The notes beneath the pieces were generated by a model. That model was given only the letters and a program-made list of their open reading frames with translations, did not search any database and had not been told where the DNA came from. Made by a program: the position numbers and the translations under genes. This document shows, in pieces, positions 8,753 through 16,396 of a stretch of DNA of 16,396 nucleotides (the first letter of the stretch is position 1; each line of letters opens with the position of its first letter). The stretch comes from Gemmatimonadota bacterium (GTDB taxonomy: Bacteria > Gemmatimonadota > Gemmatimonadetes > Gemmatimonadales > Gemmatimonadaceae), in NCBI GenBank assembly GCA_031372565.1, contig JANMLN010000167.1:1-16396 (forward strand), given 5' to 3'.

Positions 8753-10236
8753 GCCTCACCTCGCTCGGACGGCTTGGCGACCGGCGGTGCCGTGCGCACC
8801 GGAGGCTTGCCCGGAACCGCCGGTGCGGTTGTCGTCTTGCCTCCGGGAACGGACTTGCCGGGCTCGGCTGGCTTTCCAGCGGCCTTCTCCGCCGCCGCCT
8901 TCGCGGCCGCCTTGGCCGCCACCGTGTCGGTCGCCGGCTCCATGTACAGTCCGACGGCCTTCTCGTCCACGTCCACCGTCTTCACGCCGGTCGTGTCGAA
9001 GAGCACCGTGATCAATCGCCCGCGCACGTAGTTGATGGCCGGACGCTCGCGGTCGCCGGTGCTCGACTGCACCTGATAGTACGACTTGGCCGACCCGGTG
9101 GCCACGATCTGCTTCACGCGGGGCTTGCCGGCCGTGTCGGCGGTGGCGGCGGTATCGATGGTGGACACGAGGGTATCGCCGCGTATCCAGTCGCGCTCCT
9201 TGGACACGATGCGCGTCGAGTCCACATCGCTCTCCGCGAGTGCGCCGCGCAACAGGCGCACCTCACGGATCCGCTGCTTCGGCATGAGGGCGTCGAGCGA
9301 GTCGGCGGTCATCCGGCGCCCCGTCGAGAGGACGAGGGCGCGCTGCTTGCCCCACGCACGCGCGCGCTCGATCCGGCTGGAGTCGACGTCCATCACGATC
9401 GTGTCGGAGGCCACGTCCATGTCGTCGGAGATGGCGTGCGCGGATCCCTTCGCGACCACGCGCCGCAACACCTTCTCCTTCGAGAAGAGATCCATGACGA
9501 GGCTCTCGAGCGTGAACGGCCGTTCGCCCTTTCCACGGACCACGGCGCTGCCGATCAACTGCGCGAAGCCGGCGCCAGCGTCGAGGTTTGCCGAATCGGA
9601 TGTGGAGACGAGGTCCGTGCGCGTGATCTTCACCCGGCCTCCGAGGAACACGAGCGAATCATTCTGCGTGACCGTGCGGTCCGCCTCGACCAGCACCGTG
9701 TCGGCCGGACTTCCCTTCTTGGCCGACGTGTCCTTCTGCACGAGCCTGGTCTCGGAGCGCTGGGGCGACCACATGCGCGACTCCTTTCTCACGGCCGGTA
9801 CGGCGCGGAAGTATTCGACGATCGGACCGCGCGTGACGGTGCCGCTCGGGAGCGTCACGACCACGTTGCCCTCGGCCAGCAGGCGCTCCTCGCGCAGATA
9901 GTAGGTGAGCCGCTGCGAGGTCACGCGCGCGCGCGGCTCGCGATAGCGCACGTTCCCGATCAGGATGAACAGCTTGCTCTCTTCGTACGACTCGGCGCTG
10001 TCGGCTTCGAGCGTGACGTCCTGACCGTCGCACACGGCCCGGAACCCGCGACTGATGAAGGTGTGGTACCAGCCTCCCTGCACCTGCATCAGGTTGGTCT
10101 TGGTTTGCCCCGTGCCGAAGAAGCTCAGCGAACAACGACCGCCCGGCACCTGGGCCCGCGCCGGCGACGTTGTGGCCGTCAGCACGAGGCCTGCGATGGC
10201 GCCCACCAAGAGCCGTGACATCACGCGACGACTCAC
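8749..10236 (-). CDS. Long LptA/OstA-like beta-jellyroll periplasmic protein, ~495 aa
   Basis: Sec signal peptide (…TSPARA|Q). Repeated OstA-type strands (LEADSA, LIGNVRY, LAEGNVVVT, FLGGRVKITR, VAKGSAHA, IVATGSAKSYY). Occupies the lptA slot between lptC and lptB. Start is GTG 10236 (GTGA overlap) or ATG 10221. Confidence 0.75.
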   Translation of the reverse strand: MSRRVMSRLLVGAIAGLVLTATTSPARAQVPGGRCSLSFFGTGQTKTNLMQVQGGWYHTFISRGFRAVCDGQDVTLEADSAESYEESKLFILIGNVRYREPRARVTSQRLTYYLREERLLAEGNVVVTLPSGTVTRGPIVEYFRAVPAVRKESRMWSPQRSETRLVQKDTSAKKGSPADTVLVEADRTVTQNDSLVFLGGRVKITRTDLVSTSDSANLDAGAGFAQLIGSAVVRGKGERPFTLESLVMDLFSKEKVLRRVVAKGSAHAISDDMDVASDTIVMDVDSSRIERARAWGKQRALVLSTGRRMTADSLDALMPKQRIREVRLLRGALAESDVDSTRIVSKERDWIRGDTLVSTIDTAATADTAGKPRVKQIVATGSAKSYYQVQSSTGDRERPAINYVRGRLITVLFDTTGVKTVDVDEKAVGLYMEPATDTVAAKAAAKAAAEKAAGKPAEPGKSVPGGKTTTAPAVPGKPPVRTAPPVAKPSERGEA

Positions 10237-10922
10237 GGGCGGCTCCGCGGCAGCTTGAAGGCGCCCGTTCCGGGGCGGCCCGCAACTCCGGGCTTGGGCG
10301 CTGCGACCGCAGGAGAGGCGGCCGGACTCGCGTTGGCTCCCGCCGCCGGCGCAGCCGCCCCACTCGGCGGCGGGCTACCCGGCGAGGCGCCGCCATCACG
10401 GATCACGCCGGCCGAGCCCTGCGTCGCGCGCAGCACCTGCACGTTCCGCATGTCCGGATCCGAAATGAACCCGACCCCCTCGAGCCGCCGGCCGCCGGGC
10501 TGCGTCATGGTGAACGCCGAATCGCCCGAGATCTGGTTGCCGTTCTGGTCGTAGCGCAGCTGGATCGTCTGCAGGCGGCGCCCATCGCGCGCGACCACGT
10601 CCACGTCACCGCGCGCCTCCATCTTGGCCAGTCGCGTGTTGTACGTGCCCTGCCGCGACGTCAGCACCGTACTGCGCTCCCCTTCCTTGTTGTGGAAGTG
10701 GGTCTTCACGCCGCGCATCTCGATCCGTGTGTTCTCGTCGAAGAAGAGCGCGGTGTCGGCAAACAGCTCGGCCCGGATCGCGCCATCGTGCGTGATCAGT
10801 GATCGGGCGTTGAACATGACTTGGTCGGCCGAATCGGCGGCGGTCACGCGGTTGCGCACCGCGACCGAGTCGTTCGGCTTGCAGCCGATGGTGAGCGCGA
10901 GCACCAGGATCAGGCGGCGCAT
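10233..10922 (-). CDS. lptC: LPS export periplasmic protein LptC, 229 aa
   Basis: Follows kdsD. LptC-type beta-strand pattern (AELFADTA, VLTSRQGTYN, MEARGDVDVV, LQTIQLRYDQ, ISGDSAFT, LEGVGFISD). Short signal ending in Cys14 and a Pro/Ala-rich tail. Confidence 0.82.
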   Translation of the reverse strand: MRRLILVLALTIGCKPNDSVAVRNRVTAADSADQVMFNARSLITHDGAIRAELFADTALFFDENTRIEMRGVKTHFHNKEGERSTVLTSRQGTYNTRLAKMEARGDVDVVARDGRRLQTIQLRYDQNGNQISGDSAFTMTQPGGRRLEGVGFISDPDMRNVQVLRATQGSAGVIRDGGASPGSPPPSGAAAPAAGANASPAASPAVAAPKPGVAGRPGTGAFKLPRSRP

Positions 10923-11911
10923 CAGACCGCTCCCGCGCGCATGAGGTCGTGCAGGTGCACCACCCCGACCAGCGCACCGCCGGCATCGACGACCGGGAGG
11001 GCCATGATGCCGTGCTGTTCCATGCGGTGCACGGCAGCGCTGCCCAGCTCGGTCGCGCGCGCCACCTTCGGCGTTCGCGTCATCACGTCTGCCACGGGAA
11101 TGGCGAGCACATCGGCGCGCTTCTCCATGAGGCGAGACAAGTCGCCCGCGGTCACGAGGCCCTGCACCTCGCGCGATGGACCGGTCACGATCGCGATCCC
11201 GCGACGTTCGGCGAGTCGCATGACCGCTTCGCGCATCGTCGCCGAGGCGTCCAGCACCGGAAGATCGGCGGACTCCATCACGTCCGCGACGGTGAGCAGC
11301 AGCTTCCGGCCGAGCGCACCACCGGGATGCAGCCGGGCGAAGTCCTCGCGCTGAAATCCCTTCTCCTGCAACAAGGCGACGGCGAGGGCATCGCCGATGG
11401 CCAGCGCGGCGGTGGTGCTCGTGGTGGGCGCCAGATCGTGCGGGCAGGCTTCTTCGCGCACGCTGGCGTCGAGACTCGCGTCGGCATGGCGCGCGAGCGA
11501 GGAGCCCGGCGCGCCCGTGATCGCGATGACCGGAACCCCGGTGCGCGTGAAGTGCTCCAGCAACGGGAGCAGTTCGACGGTCTCGCCACTCTTGCTCAGC
11601 AGCAGGGCCACGTCGTCGGCGCCCACGATCCCCAGGTCACCGTGCAGACTTTCGGTCGGGTGTAGAAAGGTCGCGGGCGTCCCCGTGCTCGTGAGCGTCG
11701 CGGCAATCTTGCGTCCGATCAGCCCCGACTTGCCGACGCCCGACACGATCACCCGACCACGCGCGCGCGCCACGAGGGACACCGCGTGCGCGAAGGTGTG
11801 GTCCAGACGCGCCTCGACCGTGGCGAGCGCGTCACGCTCGAGCGCGACCACCCGCTTCCCGCGCGCGATGGCGCGTTCGGCGTCCACGCTGGGCTCGGCG
11901 CGACTGCTCAC
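10922..11911 (-). CDS. kdsD: Arabinose-5-phosphate isomerase (KpsF/GutQ family; SIS plus two CBS domains), ~329 aa
   Basis: SGVGKSGLIGRKIAATLTSTGTPATFLHPTESLHGDLG, SKSGET, EACPHDLAPTTST, FARLHPGGALG, then a CBS pair ending HLHDLMRAG. Start placed at GTG 11911 (GTGA overlap with the kdsC stop). Confidence 0.95.
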   Translation of the reverse strand: MSSRAEPSVDAERAIARGKRVVALERDALATVEARLDHTFAHAVSLVARARGRVIVSGVGKSGLIGRKIAATLTSTGTPATFLHPTESLHGDLGIVGADDVALLLSKSGETVELLPLLEHFTRTGVPVIAITGAPGSSLARHADASLDASVREEACPHDLAPTTSTTAALAIGDALAVALLQEKGFQREDFARLHPGGALGRKLLLTVADVMESADLPVLDASATMREAVMRLAERRGIAIVTGPSREVQGLVTAGDLSRLMEKRADVLAIPVADVMTRTPKVARATELGSAAVHRMEQHGIMALPVVDAGGALVGVVHLHDLMRAGAV

Positions 11912-12510
11912 GTCGCCCCTTCGGAGCGTTCGGCCACGTAGCGTTCCGTCGCGTTCGCGAACGTTCCCTGCGCGCGAAGCAGCCACTCGCAAAACTCGCG
12001 GACCGCGCCGAAGCCGCCCGGCCGTTGCAGTCCAACCAGCGCGATGTTGCGGATCTCCGCGACGGCGTTGGCGACGGCCACGGGCAACCCGACCCGTTGC
12101 ATGACGGCCATGTCGGGCCAGTCATCGCCCACGAAGGCCACCTGCGGCAACGTCAGAGAAAACTGCGTGCACATCGCCTGCAGCGCCTTGAGCTTCTGCG
12201 CGTCATTGTCCTGCGAGAGCGCGTCGACCTTCAGTTCGTCCGCCCGGATGCGCGTGCTCTCGCTCACCCGGCCGGAGATGATGCCGACCTTGATCCCCGT
12301 CTTCTGGAGCAGCTTGATGCCGAGTCCGTCCTGGATGTCGAACCGCTTGAACTCGAACGGGGCGCCGTGCAGCTGCCCGATGTTCACGCCACCGTCCGTG
12401 AGCACGCCATCGACATCGAACACGACCAGGCGCACGTTGCGGGCGCGCTCGAGGAGCGCCTGCTCCGCCCCGTAGCGCATCTGCGAGGCCCGGATCGCGG
12501 CACCGGTCAT
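11908..12510 (-). CDS. kdsC: Kdo-8-phosphate phosphatase (HAD family), 200 aa
   Basis: HAD motif I FDVDGVLTDG, FDIQDGLGI, ISGR, VAFVGDDWPD and GGFGAVREFCE. Lies between kdsA and kdsD. Confidence 0.93.
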   Translation of the reverse strand: MTGAAIRASQMRYGAEQALLERARNVRLVVFDVDGVLTDGGVNIGQLHGAPFEFKRFDIQDGLGIKLLQKTGIKVGIISGRVSESTRIRADELKVDALSQDNDAQKLKALQAMCTQFSLTLPQVAFVGDDWPDMAVMQRVGLPVAVANAVAEIRNIALVGLQRPGGFGAVREFCEWLLRAQGTFANATERYVAERSEGAT

Positions 12511-13316
12511 GCGCGCACCCGCGCCCAGAGGTCCACCGCGCGCAGGATGACGTCGTCGAGTCGGTTGAGCGGAATCATGTTCGGCCCATCGCTCGGCGCG
12601 TGATCCGGGTCGGGGTGTGTCTCCATGAACAGTCCGTCCGCGCCCGCGGCCATCGCGGCATAGGTGAGCGGTGGAATGAACTCTCGTGCGCCGCCGCTGG
12701 CGCCGCCTTCGCCCTGTCCCGGCCGCTGCACCGAGTGCGTCGCGTCGAACACCACCGGCGCATGCGTCGCCGCACGCATGCGCACGAAGTCGCGCATGTC
12801 GACGACGAGATCGCCGTAGCCGAAGAACGTCCCGCGCTCGGTCACGGCCACTTCACTACCCGGGGGCGCGGCCCCCCGCACCTTGTCCACGGCCCCCTTC
12901 ATCCCTTCGGGATGCATCCACTGTCCCTTCTTCACGTTCACCGGCTTGCCCGTCGCACCGGCCGCCTCGAGCAGGTCCGTCTGCCGACAGAGAAACGCGG
13001 GGATCTGCAGCACGTCCACCACCTGAGCCGACGGCGCACACTGCTCCGGCAGGTGCACATCGGTCAGAATCGGCAGCCCGGTGGCGCGTCGCACACGCTC
13101 CAGCGCGGCCAGGCCCTCATCGAGGCCGGGGCCACGAAAGGCGCTCGCGTTCGAGCGATTCGCCTTGTCGAAGCTCGCCTTGAAAATGATCCCGCCGGGA
13201 ATGCGCGGTGCGAGCTTCGCGAGGTGTTCGCCCACGCGCAGCATCAGCGAGTCGTCCTCGACGACGCACGGGCCGGCAATCAGGAAAAACCGGTCGGACG
13301 GCAGTCGCATCGACAC
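12507..13316 (-). CDS. kdsA: Kdo-8-phosphate synthase, 269 aa
   Basis: IAGPCVVE, FKASFDKANRS, LQIPAFLCRQTDLL, VNVKKGQW, ERGTFFGY, FDATHSVQ and FMETHPDP...SDGPN. Start is GTG 13316 or ATG 13310. Confidence 0.97.
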   Translation of the reverse strand: MSMRLPSDRFFLIAGPCVVEDDSLMLRVGEHLAKLAPRIPGGIIFKASFDKANRSNASAFRGPGLDEGLAALERVRRATGLPILTDVHLPEQCAPSAQVVDVLQIPAFLCRQTDLLEAAGATGKPVNVKKGQWMHPEGMKGAVDKVRGAAPPGSEVAVTERGTFFGYGDLVVDMRDFVRMRAATHAPVVFDATHSVQRPGQGEGGASGGAREFIPPLTYAAMAAGADGLFMETHPDPDHAPSDGPNMIPLNRLDDVILRAVDLWARVRA

Positions 13317-15748
<2,432 letters not shown>

Positions 15749-15780
15749 GGGGTCAGGCCCCGATTCGGATGCTCTGGGCA

Positions 15781-15796
15781 TGCAATTTCCACGCCA
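15781..15796 (-). promoter_or_regulatory. Putative sigma-54 (-24/-12) site facing kdsB
   Basis: Minus strand reads TGGCGTGGAAATTGCA. It fits TGGCRYG-N4-TTGCW with the required GG-N10-GC spacing. Predicted +1 is near 15770, about 22 nt before the kdsB ATG. Confidence 0.7.
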
Positions 15797-15799
15797 TTG

Positions 15800-15829
15800 A
15801 ATGTAGCAAGACTCGCGGCCAAGCGCCAA
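15800..15829 (-). promoter_or_regulatory. Putative sigma-70-type promoter (extended -10) facing kdsB
   Basis: Minus strand: TTGGCG (15829-15824), 18-nt spacer, then TACATT (15805-15800) preceded by TGc, i.e. TGnTAnnnT. Lies in a locally AT-enriched stretch. Confidence 0.5.
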
Positions 15830-15941
15830 GAGTTTGTAAGCTGAACGACGACAAACAGTTACGCGCACTTGACTCTGGCGATTCCGTCGCTGCCGGATGC
15901 GCGCGTTCACTCCGCGATGCGTGCAGCCGCGCACCACACGG

Positions 15942-15947
15942 TAAACT
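15942..15947 (+). promoter_or_regulatory. Putative -10 element for the divergent Lgt-like gene (possibly leaderless)
   Basis: TAAACT (TAnnnT) lies 6 nt before the first possible start, GTG 15954. No SD-like sequence between them. Confidence 0.35.
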
Positions 15948-15953
15948 CAGGCT

Positions 15954-16396
15954 GTGCACTCACTGTCGGGGTCGCAACCGCATCTCGTGCTGGAGCTGCT
16001 GGCGTACGCGGTGGCGGCGCGTGTGTACTGGCGTGCGGTCGCGGGGCAGCCGCAGCCGGTCGGAGTCGACCGTTGGCTGCTCTTCGGCGCCACCGTGTTC
16101 GGTGCGTCGCTCGGGTCCAAGCTCCTCCACGCCGCCGAGCATCTGCCAACCCTGCTCGAGCGCGGGAGCGTGGTGCTGTGGATGGGTGGCAAGTCCGTGC
16201 TGGGAGGTTTTCTGGGCGGAACTGCAGCTGTTGAGGTGGCCAAGCGCGCCATCCGGTGGCCGAACAGTACGGGCGATGCCTGGGTACCAGCACTCACCAT
16301 CGGGCTGGCCATCGGCCGCCTCGGGTGCCAGCTCTCGGGCACGTGGGACCAGACGTACGGGACGCCGACCGGAACGCGGTGGGGGTGGGACTACGG
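15954..16396 (+). CDS. Prolipoprotein diacylglyceryl transferase (Lgt)-like membrane protein, non-canonical paralog; truncated by the window edge
   Basis: Not in the ORF track; translated by hand from GTG 15954 (in-frame TAA at 15942): MHSLSGSQPHLVLELLAYAVAARVYWR...FGASLGSKLLH...WMGGKSVLGGFLGGTAAVEVAKRAIRWPNSTGDAWVPALTIGLAIGRLGCQLSGTWDQTYGTPTGTRWGWDY. Lgt-family pattern GA.LG.K, GG...GG.LGG, D......IGRLGC, YG.PT..WG. Confidence 0.8.
   Translation, partial: MHSLSGSQPHLVLELLAYAVAARVYWRAVAGQPQPVGVDRWLLFGATVFGASLGSKLLHAAEHLPTLLERGSVVLWMGGKSVLGGFLGGTAAVEVAKRAIRWPNSTGDAWVPALTIGLAIGRLGCQLSGTWDQTYGTPTGTRWGWDY

Noticed and set aside
8870..8930. Repetitive GCC-rich DNA as a possible tandem repeat or CRISPR-like array
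   Set aside because: It encodes the AAKAAAKAAAEK tail. There is no repeat-spacer structure here or elsewhere in the window.
7418..10922. Absence of lptF, lptG and lptD from the lpt cluster
   Set aside because: These genes are usually encoded apart from lptCAB, so their absence here is uninformative.
129..12603. Many other 200-460-aa plus-strand and alternate-frame ORFs (e.g. 434..1681, 1760..3049, 6231..7625, 7937..9031)
   Set aside because: Shadow ORFs of real minus-strand genes, with low-complexity R/A/P/G composition and no domain signatures.
15806..15822. Second sigma-54-like motif on the minus strand, TTGGCCGCGAGTCTTGC
   Set aside because: The GG to GC spacing is 11 nt, not the required 10.
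15869..15900. TTGACT as a plus-strand -35 element
   Set aside because: No TAnnnT-like -10 lies 16-19 nt downstream.
15749..15953. Possible ncRNA or riboswitch in the divergent intergenic region
   Set aside because: No recognisable aptamer, tRNA-like structure or terminator, and the predicted kdsB leader is short. An Rfam/Infernal scan would settle it.

Overview
Very GC-rich bacterial DNA, roughly 70% GC by eye. Gene content and protein style suggest a diderm of the FCB group, probably Gemmatimonadota (inference). About 15.7 kb is one tightly coupled minus-strand run of 14 genes. It starts with kdsB-pyrG-kdsA-kdsC-kdsD (Kdo and CTP synthesis), followed by lptC, a long LptA/OstA-like gene, lptB with an unusual ~147-aa N-terminal domain, and rpoN. 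Where Proteobacteria usually have hpf/ptsN/rapZ, there is a five-gene lipid-carrier glycosylation cassette: an ArnC/GtrB-like GT2, a GT4, a UPF0104/LPG-synthase-type membrane protein, a YfhO-family GT-C, and a Ppm1/DPM1-like polyprenol-phosphate-mannose synthase cut by the left edge. The only sizeable intergenic region (15749-15953) has a near-consensus sigma-54 -24/-12 site overlapping a sigma-70-type extended -10 promoter, both facing this rpoN-containing operon. A divergent, non-canonical Lgt-like gene runs off the right edge. The main leads are: (1) a GT2/flippase/GT-C system next to periplasmic proteins rich in D-S/T-x sequons, a candidate protein O-glycosylation or LPS-modification system; (2) possible sigma-54 autoregulation of an LPS operon; (3) the LptB N-terminal fusion; (4) a lipoprotein-type LptC and a multi-jellyroll LptA. 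No RNA genes, mobile elements or CRISPR arrays were seen.
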